From Octopus sinensis (Eukaryota), in the NCBI RefSeq assembly GCF_006345805.1, contig NW_021834816.1, positions 1 to 57,430 of the forward strand: a stretch of DNA of 57,430 bases, in the 5' to 3' direction. Both the position numbers and the translations under genes were made by a program. Of the stretch, positions 12,701 through 25,652 are shown in pieces. How positions within the stretch are numbered: the stretch's first letter is position 1; every line of letters starts with the position of its first letter. The notes beneath the pieces were generated by a model. That model was not told the DNA's origin. It saw nothing but the letters and a program-made list of their open reading frames with translations, and did not search any database.

Positions 12701-13479
12701 ACATTCAATAATGAAGTCGTAGATATATAAAAATACGGATTGATCAATGATGGGATGGCAACAACAAAAACTACAACATCCACCCAGTTCCACCCAAATC
12801 AACTGTTCTTTAGTTTTTTGTTGTTGTTTTTTTTTTGGCTACTATTATGTTTCACCCCGTGATCCGGCAGTAAATCTTTTCCTTAAATATTCCACCCAAG
12901 AATTCTGTGTCCATCCCCTTTCCAAATACGATAGGGAGAGATACGAGAGCTATTTAGCCGCTGTTCATTGCAGGCCCAACGGTAATATAGATGTTCCCTC
13001 GCTAGTAAAGGCAGCATGTAACATGGTACGACAAACAAGTAGGAGCAACCGTCGAAATTGTAGAAGAGAAAAACAAAGAATTAGATTGTATGTGAGCTAG
13101 AAATTGCAGTATGTTGGTGAAAGAATCTTCGTCAACCAGGCAAATGGCCTCGTTTTGAATGTGGGTCTAAGCTATGTCTTTCTATTCTCAACGTTTGTTT
13201 GTTTACCCACCCACCCACCCCCTCTTGAGTCATCAAATTTTAAAATTCAGTCAGAACATCAACTGCATTGATTTCACCAGTTTAAGACGATTTCAAAAAT
13301 TATCATGGCTGCTACCCCTCATCCTTCTCTGAATCATTAGGAAAAATAGAAAAACTGTGGAGCGTTTTTTGTCAACAATACTAAACAGTTATTGCACAAA
13401 CCTAATATTAGAAATCCTTATTTGTAGAAATCAGTACAGTATCGGATAGAATTCGTTGCAACATTTAATATCTTTATAT

Positions 13480-13524
<45 letters not shown>

Positions 13525-13541
13525 ATATATATATATAATAT

Positions 13542-13602
<61 letters not shown>

Positions 13603-13630
13603 GGAAAAAAGCAACAAGAATGGATTAAAA

Positions 13631-13718
13631 TCTCGGTACAATTGTTCGTACGAGGACATCTTTAATAAGCTACAAAAAAATGCAGTAAATATAGATGGCT
13701 CGTACTCGTCAGCCGAAA
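13631..13718 (-). ncRNA. Hammerhead, left arm of F3 (GAAC instead of GAAAC)
   Basis: Mirror image of 14554-14641 with one A missing from the GAAA run. Confidence 0.7.
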
Positions 13719-14553
13719 AAACATCAGAGAATTCCCAAACATCAAAAGGGGTAGATACAAATGAGGGTGTAAGATTAGCTGCATTGAAGAAAGTTCGATT
13801 CCTGGAGATCCGATGAAAGGTCTTGAACTTACAGAATTTGTGCATGTCTATATATAGCTCATATTGAATTGTTAATCAAGTTATGTGAATAAATTTCGGA
13901 TACAGTCATGCGTGTCATATCGTGTAGAGGAACAGATTGTTATTGAAATTTACAAGAATCACAAGTAAGTTCGATTCCTAGAGATCCGATAAAAAGTCTT
14001 GAACTTACAGAATATGTGCATGTCCATATAGTTCATAGTGAATTATTAATCAAATTTTGGGTACAATCGTGCGAAATAACAATCTGCCCCTCTACAGAAT
14101 ATTGTCATTTTGCTTCTCACTCGGATTCCCTGAAATTTTCGCACGATTGTACCCAAAATTTCTTCACATAACTTGATTAATAATTCACTATGAACTATAT
14201 GGACATGCACATATTCTGTAAGTTCAAGACTTTTATCGGATCTCTAGGAATCGAACTTACTTGTGATACTTGTAAATTTCAATAACAATCTGTTCCTCTA
14301 CACGATATGACAGTCACTTTGCTTCTTACCCGGATTTTCCTCTACACGATATGACAGTCACTTTGCTTCTTACTCGGATTTTCAGAAATTTCGCATGACT
14401 GTATTCAATATGAGCTATATATAGACATGCACAAATTCTGTAAGTTCAAGACCTTTCATCGGATCTCCAGGAATCGAACTTTCTTCAATGCAGTTAATCT
14501 TACACCCTCATTTGTATCTACCCCTTTTGATGTTTGGGAATTCTCTGATGTTT

Positions 14554-14641
14554 TTTCGGCTGACGAGTACGAGCCATCTATATTTACTGCATTTTTTGTA
14601 GCTTATTAAAGATGTCCTCGTACGAAACAATTGTACCGAGA
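14554..14641 (+). ncRNA. Type-I hammerhead ribozyme, complete consensus
   Basis: Stem I UUUCGG/CCGAGA; CUGACGA at 14560-14566; stem II GUACGAG/CUCGUAC extended by CAUCU/AGAUG; GAAAC at 14624-14628; palindromic stem III ACAAUUGU; predicted cut after GUA at 14635. Confidence 0.88.
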
Positions 14642-14700
14642 TTTTAATCCATTCTTGTTGCTTTTTTCCTATATATATATATATATATATATATATTCAT

Positions 14701-14955
14701 TTATTCTTTTACTTGTTTCAGTCATTTGACTGCGGCCATGCTGGAGCACGGTCTTTAGTCGAACAAATAGACCCCAAGACTTATTCTTCGTAAGTCTAGT
14801 ACTTGTTCTATCGGCCTCTTTGCCGAACCACTAAGTTACGGGGACGTAAATACACCAACATCGGTGTCAAGCAATGGCGACTGGACAAACACAGACACAC
14901 AAACACACATGCAAATACACATACGCACACAAACACACAAACACACACACACACA
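14701..14955 (-). mobile_element. SINE family A 3' half
   Basis: Family A tail; the head is absent. Confidence 0.85.
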
Positions 14956-15734
14956 TATACCTTATGCCCTGAGTTCAGATCCTACGGAGTTTAACTTTAT
15001 CTTTCATCTATAAATCACCATCATAATCATAGTTATCTGCTGAATATTTTGTGTCTTTACATTGTTCCTACTCAATAAGGACAAACCTTTGGGGTTCAGT
15101 AGCCATTTTGTCTTAATCAGTCCATCTATAATGGTGGTTCAAGCGGGATTTTGATGTCAAAACACACAGAACTGAAATAAATATTGCAGGACAAATCGTT
15201 CAATGTTCAAACCCAGACACACTTTGGACTGGGACTTTATTTTATCAACCCCTAAAAGATAAGAAGCAAAGTTAACCCCGACGGGATTTGAATTCAGAGC
15301 ACAGGAAGCCAGAATATATTTGTCCCCTTAACATACACGGATTGGAGAAAAGAAGGTATTCAGTTGCTTAATACAAAAAGAATGTTCTTTTTGTTTCTCT
15401 ATTTCTTTTTTAAAGATAAGAATTCCACTCATCCTACTTTTGCCCACCCTTGTATTTTAACCTGGATCGATCAGATTAAAGTCTCAATCAATTATTGGGT
15501 CGATTTAATCGACTGAACCTCTACCACCACCAATAAGTGACCTTGCACCCTATGTACGAAAATATCATTACTGATATGGTTGTTCTCGTTTATATTTTAT
15601 CATCCAATGACGAGTGACGTTTCTGGAAGCAACCTCCGTTTGACATTTTACAATACGTGGTTTCTCTAAAGGTGGACGTGTTTCTTGACCTTTATTACTT
15701 TATCATGATATGAAGATAGTCAAGGGGGATGAGA

Positions 15735-16280
15735 TACATACACACACACGCATGTGTGTGTGTATATGTATGTACGTATGTATGTGTGTATGTGTATGTA
15801 TGTGTATGTATGTATGAATGTATATATGTGTGTGTGAGCGTGTGTATGTGTGAGCATGTGTGTGTGTGAGCGTGTGTACTTGTGTATGCATGTATATATA
15901 TATATACATACATATTTATAGTTATATATATACATATATATACACATATATATAGAGAGAGCGTGAGACAGACAGACAGACAGATAGACAGATAGACAGA
16001 TAGACAGACAGATAGACATACAGACAGATAGATAGATAGATACATACATACATACATACATACATACATACATACATACATACATACATACATACATACA
16101 TACATACGTAGGTAGATAGATAGATAGATAGATAGATAGATACATACATACATACAATACATACATACATACATACATACATACATACATACATACATAC
16201 ATACATACATAGGTAGACAGATAGATAGATAGAGAGAGAGAGAGAAAGAGAGAAAGAGAAAGAAAGAGAGAAAGAGAGAA

Positions 16281-16365
<85 letters not shown>

Positions 16366-16375
16366 GATAGATAGA
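15735..16375. repeat. Compound microsatellite (TG/TA/GACA/GATA/CATA/GA)n
   Basis: Read directly from the sequence. Confidence 0.95.
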
Positions 16376-17002
16376 TCTTTGTTTAGGAGAAGAAGCAATT
16401 TTTCTTCTCCGCAAGTTAGTGCAGCAGGACAAACACAAATATTATATACTATGTATTATATATCATACATCATATACACTAATGTCCAATATACCAAAGT
16501 GTTTCACCTCAATTCGATGTTTACCACGAAAAATAAACCCATAGATGAAATCATGAACGAATTAATTGCTAGGCTTGAGATATATATATTGACCATTATA
16601 AGTAACAGTTTGAGACAAGAAAGAGAGAATCGGTCACATGGCATTCAATGCTGCAAATTACGGCAGACATATTTCTTTAGATGGTTACGAGGGTGGTGAT
16701 GTTGAAAGGTGATTCCCATAACAACGGCAGCCAATTTCCTACAGAGGAGTGGAGAAAAAAGTAGAAATCTCTTTTGTATCGAAAACTATTGCTTATATAA
16801 AAGGAATAAATCCGATGTGAATAACAATACTGACATGAACAACAAGAATACTAAATATACAAATGTTGATCTAAATGTAAGACATATGTGAAAATGGCGG
16901 CAACAACAGCAACAATATGGATCTCGTTCACAATGATAAAATTCTGAATAATTTCTATGAGTAATTTATTCTATAAAAAGTAATGTCAGATTCATTTTTA
17001 TC

Positions 17003-17103
17003 ATAACTGTCGATGAATCTCATGGGCAATCATTGTCGGAAAGAAACTGGTAGATCCTGCTTTATCACATGGTCAGCTTTACGTTGATACGTCAAGAGTT
17101 AAG
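17003..17103 (+). pseudogene. Helitron (Pif1-type) helicase C-terminal motif relic
   Basis: TVDESHGQSL...PALSHGQLYVDTSRV matches TINKSQGQSL...FSHGQLYVAxSRV, with one frameshift. Confidence 0.7.
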
Positions 17104-17416
17104 AAGCAACTGTCACTTCATCGTAGCACGGCGCAGTGAAAGCCAAAGATATTGTCTCTCCCCAGTGATCAAGAACATTTCGCTGTAATTTCTACTTCAA
17201 TGACAATATAAACGGATCCTAATTCTTTGCGAATATTGTTTTGTAATGTTTACTGAAATATCAATATTATTATGTAGTGACATTTTCCAATAAAACATCC
17301 GTATATCGCTGATACCTGAGTTACTATAAACATATATGCATACATACATACATATGTACGTATATACACATACGCATGAATGCATACATACATATATACA
17401 TACATATGCCTATATG

Positions 17417-17479
<63 letters not shown>

Positions 17480-17498
17480 TTGTGTGTGTGTGTGTGTG

Positions 17499-17537
<39 letters not shown>

Positions 17538-17757
17538 CGTGGAAAGAGGTTGAATTTTGTTTCATCCTCTATTCCAAAGGGCGATTTCCAATAAAGATTC
17601 TTCATATTTTGCTGGTAGCTTACTGGCGTAAGATTTTGCGAATATGAAATTATTATTACATGTATATGGTGTGCTATGAGAATTTATGGAAAGGTAGCCT
17701 ATAGAAACTCAACAAATTGTTAAAAGATGGAGAAGAGATGTTGAAATATAAAAGAAT

Positions 17758-17789
<32 letters not shown>

Positions 17790-17841
17790 TGTATGTATGT
17801 AGGTGTGTATATATATATATGTATTTATATATATATATATA

Positions 17842-17873
<32 letters not shown>

Positions 17874-17948
17874 ATATATATAATAGGTGCTGGCGTAGCT
17901 GTGATATATATACATATATACATACATACGTACATACATACATACATA

Positions 17949-18013
<65 letters not shown>

Positions 18014-18118
18014 AGATTAGAGGCTTCGAATGACCCGTCCGTGTTTTTTGTATCGTCTATTTGAATGTTTTGCGTTCTTGTCCCATTTTGTATTTATATA
18101 TATGTGTGTATATATATA

Positions 18119-18158
<40 letters not shown>

Positions 18159-18262
18159 TATATATAGACATATATACATGCATACATACATTACTCACCC
18201 TAAACATGATAGATCGCTAGCCACTACACACATTTTTTCTCTCCTTGTTTCTTTGTGTGTTC

Positions 18263-18390
18263 CTTTCTGTAGAAGAGCGTAGGCTCGAAACGTTAAAACC
18301 TTTTTCAATTCCCGAGCGTTATACTAATACATCTGTTTGTTTTCTACACCACCTGTCTTCGTCTGTTGTTGTTTTTTTGTGAATTCTCCC
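18263..18390 (+). mobile_element. Short PLE-type 3' terminus with degenerate hammerhead (F2)
   Basis: UUU-CUGUAGA-A-GAGC/GCUC-GAAACGUU-AAAA, then a U-rich tail to (TA)n; A6 is mutated. Confidence 0.65.
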
Positions 18391-18398
18391 TATATATG

Positions 18399-18642
18399 CC
18401 TATAATAATTGGTGCTTTGGGAACAGTAAGCAAAGGTATAGACAAATGGCTGAAGGAAATTGGAATAGAATGCCCGTTAGAGCTCCTACAGAAAGTTTGT
18501 CTCTTAGGGACGGCAAGGATTACCAGGAGGATTCTAAGCACTTGAAAAACTACTGAAAACTTGTGGATACCTAAGTTTACTGGCAGTGACCCGCTACCCA
18601 TATAAATCCTACAAGGAATAAGATCGAACCTGAATCAAACCA

Positions 18643-18709
<67 letters not shown>
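18399..18709 (+). mobile_element. R4/Dong-like LINE 3' end with (AAT)n tail
   Basis: PIIIGALGTVSKG...LQKVCLLGTARITRRILST* (stop at 18543-18545), a short UTR, then (AAT)n. Confidence 0.85.
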
Positions 18710-18738
<29 letters not shown>

Positions 18739-18840
18739 AAGAAGAAGAATTCTTTCTACTATAGGCACAGCCTGAAATTTTGGAGATTTTTATAATTGAT
18801 TCCATCAATCCTAGTGCTTGACAGGTTCTTTATTTTATAA

Positions 18841-19062
18841 GGCGGCGAGCTGGCAGAAACGTTAGCACGCCGGGCGAAATTTCGTCTGCCGCTACGTTCT
18901 GAGTTCAAATTCCGCCGAGGTCGACTTTGCCTTTCATCCTTTCGGGGTCGGTTAAATAAGTACCAGTTAAGCACTGGGGTCGATATAATGGACTTAATCC
19001 GTTTGTCTGTCCTTGTTTGTCCTCTCTGTGTTTAGCCCCTTGTGGGTAGTAAAGAAATAGGT
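18841..19062 (+). mobile_element. SINE family B, full length (Tx1-like tail)
   Basis: A box TGGCAGAAACG, B box GAGTTCAAATTCC, and tail ...AGCCCCTTGTGGGTAGTAAAGAAATAGGT. Confidence 0.9.
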
Positions 19063-19437
19063 ATTTTATTTTATCGAACCCCGAAAAGATAAAGAGCAAA
19101 GTCATCCTCGACGACGTTTGAAATCAGAACAAAGAATCAGAAGAAATACTGATAAACATTTTGCTTGACATGCTAACGACAAAATTATTAGAATGTTTGT
19201 TAAATTTGGCACCGGGCCTCATAGTTTCGGAGGAATTGTGGAGTCGGTTATGTCAATACATGTATATATAACTGGTACTTCATGTAATGACCTGCTGAAA
19301 GATGAAAGTAAATATCGAACTGTGTAATTAATTATTACAAAGCATTTTGTCTAACGCTCAACTGATTTTTTGAAGATATCTATAATTATATCTTCTTAAT
19401 TTATAAATACATACATATGCATAAACATACACACGTG

Positions 19438-19514
<77 letters not shown>

Positions 19515-20153
19515 CACACAACACACACACACACACACACACAGAGCACATGTGGAAAATGGGTGGTAACATTAAAATAAACGTAAATACATAGACACAT
19601 ATATGTATGTAGATATTCATGTATGCACGTATGTATGCATGTACAATATATATGCATATATATGTATGTATGTATGTATGTATCTCTATATAAATACACA
19701 CACACACATATAATTGCACATACGCACATCACTTTAAACAGCGGGTGGTTGAGTAGCTGGTAAATCTGTTCACTCAGACATCCTGTGGATCACTACGAAA
19801 TGCTATAATCCTCTTCTGAATTTAGTGATTAGTGTTTGATCCTGAAGGAGAGAGCGCTTCCGTAGACTTAAATTTTATACAACAAGAGATCATAATGAAA
19901 TTTTCTCAAACTCTCAGCCCATCATTCTCTCTATCATTTGCTGATGAAGGCTATGTGCGTATTCTTTTATTTTATTTTACTTGTTTTGGTGGTGGTGGTG
20001 GGGGACAACCACAGAGGCATTGGGTCACCGGAGAAGTCTGGGTTTCCTAACAACCGAGTTTTCTTTCGTGAGTTTTTTTCTCTTCCATGTTATTTCGCAT
20101 GAACAAATGTGATATCGAAATCAAGCGTAAACGGCTCCTTTCCTCAGAAAAAG

Positions 20154-20263
20154 AAAGATTTGGCAGCTATTTCTTGCACGCACTGCTACCACGTAACAGG
20201 TATTTTGGGTCTTTTAGCTGTTACGTGGTAGCAGGGCGTGCTAGAAATAGCACCCAAATCTTT
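20154..20263. other. Isolated 46-bp-stem hairpin
   Basis: Arms 20154-20199 and 20218-20263 pair at 42/46 positions around an 18-nt loop. Confidence 0.85.
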
Positions 20264-20501
20264 GGAGGTGAGATACGTTGAATGCACTCGAAAGAAACCC
20301 ATAGAAAAAAACTATTCACACCCAGCTAATGTCATTTTCACTTTAAAATATTTTGCCCATCATAATGAGTCTAATGGAAAGATTAGAGTTTCTTCCCTTT
20401 CAGGGTTAAGTTATTTTCGGTGTATTTTCCCATTATGCACCAGCTTTGCTGTGTAACATTGCAAGCAATCAAGCAAGATTGAACTTCACTTTTAATGTAT
20501 T

Positions 20502-20537
<36 letters not shown>

Positions 20538-20539
<2 letters not shown>

Positions 20540-20868
20540 GACGGGCTTCTTTCTGTTTCCGTCAAACTAAATTCACTCACAAGGCTTTGGTCGGCCTGAG
20601 GCTATAGTTGAAGACACTTGCCCTGAACCAAGTGGTATAAAAAATACACAAATGTCCGCTAAAAACATATATTTATGTCCATAAAAAGATATATAAAATA
20701 TGTATGGTCATTTTAATATATACACATGGATGTATTTTTCACATATCCTTCTTTTAGGTCGTTTCTATAATGTCGTGTTATCGTTCTGAAATTTGAATAG
20801 TTTTTCTCTTTTACTGAGGACTTAGTAAAACTTTTTACACGAACAAATAATTTCATTATATCAACGAA

Positions 20869-20927
<59 letters not shown>

Positions 20928-20951
20928 ATCTATCTATCTATCTATAATCTG

Positions 20952-21026
<75 letters not shown>

Positions 21027-21872
21027 GGCTGTCTGTCTGTCTGTCTATTTGTCTGTCTGTGAGTGTGTGTATGTGTGTATGTGAGTGTGCGTATGTGTGT
21101 ATGTGAGTGTGTGTATCGTTATGAGATTAGAGTCTCTCATCAAGCTGACATTTGTAGCTCCTGTAGAAAATAGAAACTCAGTATCTCGCGAATTTGAAAA
21201 CAAAATATTATTAGGATAGCTAAATAGCTTGAAAAGAGACATGACTTGAAGCTGACACAGGTTTCAGAAGTTAGAAAACAAACAAACAAAAGAAACAAAA
21301 TGAAACAAAAAATAAAAGATAAAATAAAACCGCCACAGATCTGTTCACGATGAAGTCTGTACATGGATACAACTGAGACCGTAAAAGAAATAAACTACAC
21401 CAAACCCTATCATGGAGTACTGACAATTTATTTCTCGCTTTGAATACCTCTTTGTAATCCATGAGTAAGAGATTACCTTCAAGTAACTTCTGTTCTTAGT
21501 AACAAAATCCTCAGCTGACCGCGAATATAGGCTACCCAAAAGCAAAACTAACGATATTAGCTGCAACGCTACCAACATACAATGTCCTCTAGATGTTAGT
21601 ATCCTACAACAAATGATGTAGCAGCTTGAGAAAGAATTCTTTTATTTTTTTATTGGTTTCGGTCATTTTACTGTGGCCATGCTGGAGCACCACCTTTAGT
21701 CGAGCAAATCGCCCCCAGGACTAATTTTTTGTAAGCCTAGTACTTATTCTATCGGTCTCTCTTGCCGAACCACTAAGTTACGGGGACGTAAACACACCGG
21801 CATCGGTTGTCAAGCGATGTTGGGGGGACAAACACAGACACACAAACATATACATACATACACATATATATT

Positions 21873-21936
<64 letters not shown>

Positions 21937-22274
21937 GACGGGCTTCTTTCTGTTTCCGTCTGTCCGTCAAACTAAATTCACTCACAAGGCTTTGGTCGGC
22001 CTGAGGCTATAGTTGAAGACACTTGCCCTGAACCAAGTGGTATAAAAAATACACAAATGTCCGCTAAAAACATATATTTATGTCCATAAAAAGATTATAT
22101 AAAATATGTATGGTCATTTTAATATATACACATGGATGTATTTTTCACATATCCTTCTGTTTAGGTCGTTTCTATAATGTCGTGTTATCGTTCTGAAATT
22201 TGAATAGTTTTCTCTTTTACTGAGGACTTAGTAAAACTTTTTACACGAACAAATAATTTCATTATATCAACGAA

Positions 22275-22352
<78 letters not shown>

Positions 22353-22359
22353 AAATCTG

Positions 22360-22438
<79 letters not shown>

Positions 22439-23272
22439 GGCTGTCTGTCTGTCTGTCTATTTGTCTGTCTGTGAGTGTGTGTATGTGTGTATGTGAGTGT
22501 GCGTATGTGTGTATGTGAGTGTGTGTATCGTTATGAGATTAGAGTCTCTCATCAAGCTGACATTTGTAGCTCCTGTAGAAAATAGAAACTCAGTATCTCG
22601 CGAATTTGAAAACAAAATATTATTAGGATAGCTAAATAGCTTGAAAAGAGACATGACTTGAAGCTGACACAGGTTTCAGAAGTTAGAAAACAAACAAACA
22701 AAAGAAACAAAATGAAACAAAAAATAAAAGATAAAATAAAACCGCCACAGATCTGTTCACGATGAAGTCTGTACATGGATACAACTGAGACCGTAAAAGA
22801 AATAAACTACACCAAAACCCTATCATGGAGTACTGACAAATTTATTTCTCGCTTTGAATACCTCTTTGTAATCCATGAGTAAGAGATTACCTTCAAGTAA
22901 CTTCTGTTCTTAGTAACAAAATCCTCAGCTGACCGCGAATATAGGCTACCCAAAAGCAAAACTAACGATATTAGCTGCAACGCTACCAACATAGAATGTC
23001 CTCTAGATGTTAGTATCCTACAACAAATGATGTAGCAGCTTGAAAAAGAATTCTTTTATTTTTTTATTGGTTTCGGTCATTTTACTGTGGCCATGCTGGA
23101 GCACCACCTTTAGTCGAGCAAATCGCCCCCAGGACTAATTTTTTGTAAGCCTAGTACTTATTCTAACTGTCTCTCTTGCCGAACACTAAGTTACGGGGAC
23201 GTAAACACACCGGCATCGGTTGTCAAGCGATGTTGGGGGGACAAACACAGACACACAAACATATACATACAT

Positions 23273-23345
<73 letters not shown>

Positions 23346-23350
23346 TATAC
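20538..23350. repeat. Tandem duplication of about 1.4 kb (20538-21934 and 21935-23350)
   Basis: Near-identical units with scattered 1-bp indels; the junctions lie in the (TA)n of SINE A. Confidence 0.9.
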
Positions 23351-23514
23351 ACGACGGGCTTCTTTCAGTTTCCGTCTACCAAATCCACTCACAAGGCTTT
23401 GGCCGGCCCGAGTCTATAGTGGAAGACACTTGCCCAAGGTGCCACGCAGTGGGACTGAACCCGGAACCATGTGGTTGGTAAGCAAGCTACTTACCACACA
23501 GCCACTCCTGCGCC
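23051..23514 (-). mobile_element. SINE family A, full length
   Basis: A box TGGCTGTGTGG, B box GGTTCAGTCCC, an internal (TA)n tract, and a complete tail. Confidence 0.9.
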
Positions 23515-25290
23515 GAAAAAGATCATTTATAAAGTGCGTCAAATTGAGACTTAATGTTAAAATAAAGTAATCTATCTTTAACACAACCGATCGAATGTTG
23601 TTTGGAACCACAAAATAAATGTATGCTCTGTTGTGGAAGTCATTTGCCCAACTAATATCTACGGACTGGCATCCAGGAATATTTTCAGTTTTATACTCAT
23701 AACTGTTGCAGTGACAAGCTATATATGAATCCAACGGGATCAAAGTGCTGTTGGGGTTGGATTCTTGAATAAAGAACCTAACTGTATAATTATGAACAAC
23801 TTATTAATGAACAACAAAAGCGTGCAAGCCTTTTTAAAATTCTAAAAATTGTGCAAAGATGCAAAGGATGACGGACTGAGATTTTGTATTTTCAATATTT
23901 TTTCTTTAGAACTTTGCCACCAAACTAATGGCCGGAAATAATAGTTCAATAACTCCAACAGGAAGCGAAAAACATTTGTACAATATACATATGGCTACCT
24001 AAATGAAGTTTAATTTCCAGTAATAGAGAGGTATTTCGGGGTTAAAGATTTGCTCTTTCACTTTTGACTAGATGTTAAGGTCAGATAAAAAGAAGAAAAA
24101 AAGAAAAAAAAAAAGAAAAAGAAAAAAAGATACATATATTTTACTCGTACATGATTTCATGCTAGGCTTCACTAATTAGAGAACAGAGCAACTAATTTGT
24201 GTTCTTCAGATACAATTGATTAATGGTATTATTTGCAAAACATTCCAGGAATTCTCCATTTCAAGTTCCTGGATTGACTTTTCTACATAATTACATGCAT
24301 GCATACAATGAAAACACAGATAGGGGCACACATACATAAAAAGTAATGAAACAACCCCCCATTTGCATAGTAATGTGAAATACTCAGCCTCGACATGAAT
24401 GAAAGGTTATCCACAGAGACACTCACACACTAATTAATTCACATATCCACAAATCCTACGAGGTGTCTTGACTTTCTATTATCAAATAGCTTGATTTCTG
24501 CGAAATTACATAAAGCTTATATGAATCCAAGATACACAGATATATAAAACAATTACGAAGATGTGTGTGAATATACATATGTATATGTATACACGTATAC
24601 AAGGATAAATGTATACTCCAAATTCTTCCTATTTCATATTTTAAGGGATTGTGTTTTTTTAGCTTTTCGTCCTAATTCTTTACGATCCTGTAATCAAACA
24701 GGCATGATGGGTTGATTAGTAAGCAACTTCGCTTTTCCTTATCTATAATTGTTATGTCTGATCTAGTATTTTCTAACTTCTTGTCCGTTTGAATAGGAAA
24801 GTCCCACAAAATTTTACATTTCTCCGACTCCAATACTCTTTCTACTCGATGATTGTACCATGTGTTTCCAGCTTCAAATTCCCATATCTGGCAAAGTTTC
24901 CAGTCTGAAACTTTTGCAACCCGGTCGTGCCTCCATTTCTTATATTCTTCCTGTGCCAACTTGGGGTATTCTGTCACAATGTGTGTCCCTGTCTCGTTCC
25001 AAGTTCCACAGACTCTACAGTTTTCTGACACATTCTCTCCATATCTATTTTTTCTCAAGCTGTTTGTATTTATCGCTTGATCTTTGGCTGCTACAATAAG
25101 GCTCTGTTTCTCTCTCTTTTTTAAACCAATCCCAGGATTTTGTTCCACATAGGCCATCAGTAGCTCTCCAAAATTGGCTATTCAAAGGTTTCTCTTCAGT
25201 CTGTCTGACGTGCTCCCTTTGTATTTCATTATTGTCCTTTCCTTCTATTACGTGCTTCATCACATGTTCTTCATTTACTGTCTTTAGTAG

Positions 25291-25652
25291 AATGGTTGTA
25301 TACTGTCAATCTAACAAGAACGTGACAGTAGGGGGTACACCACCGCTGTATAGCCCTAGGATGCATCGAACGCCTCCTGATAGCTTTGACACATTTTTTC
25401 CCTGTGTCCTTATATACATATACGAAGGGGAGACAAACAGCCCCGGCCGCCGGAACTGCATCTAGGGACACCGTGCTTCAGGATCGTTGTCCTTCATCGG
25501 CCTAGAGTAGCAGACACCGGTCAGCTGGTGATATCTGCCTCGACTTCGTAATTGTATATATGTATATTCAGTGAAGTCTATTCACTGATTATCAAAATGA
25601 GAAATATTGAATTTCTAAATCTATCGTAGAGACATGTACGGTGGTGGGGCGA
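25291..25652. mobile_element. 362-bp insertion with a 6-bp TSD inside the R4-like ORF
   Basis: TAGTAG at 25285-25290 and 25653-25658; removing the insert and one TSD copy restores ...REKLLKTVNEE. Confidence 0.8.
25461..25506 (-). ncRNA. Degenerate hammerhead motif (F7)
   Basis: UCUAGG-CCGAUGA-A-GGA/UCC-U-GAAGCACGGUGUC-CCUAGA: 6-bp stem I and a GUC site, with two core deviations. Confidence 0.55.

Larger units (their letters stand above)
13601..14671. mobile_element. Palindromic element with a hammerhead in each arm (F3), embedded in (TA)n
   Basis: The outer 267 bp (13603-13869 vs 14403-14669) differ at 3 positions. It has internal units of about 170-200 bp, a 44-bp tandem duplication (14293-14380), and (TA)n on both sides. 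Confidence 0.9.

Noticed and set aside
12960-13090. Possible exon PNGNIDVPSLVKAACNM... with AG/GT ends
   Set aside because: No recognisable protein and no consistent neighbouring exons.
13803-13835. CCGATGA-AAG/CTT-GAAC in the internal units of F3
   Set aside because: There is no stem I partner or cleavage triplet.
16681-16708. 28-nt micro-exon candidate (GYEGGDVE)
   Set aside because: Too short to support without transcript data.
23440-23514. tRNA-like A and B boxes as genuine tRNA genes
   Set aside because: They lack a full cloverleaf and are fused to SINE bodies in every copy.
23570-23780. Open minus-strand frame FFIQESNPNSTLIPLDSYIACHCN...
   Set aside because: No good donor site in a phase that joins the 21477/22891 candidate, and no family match.
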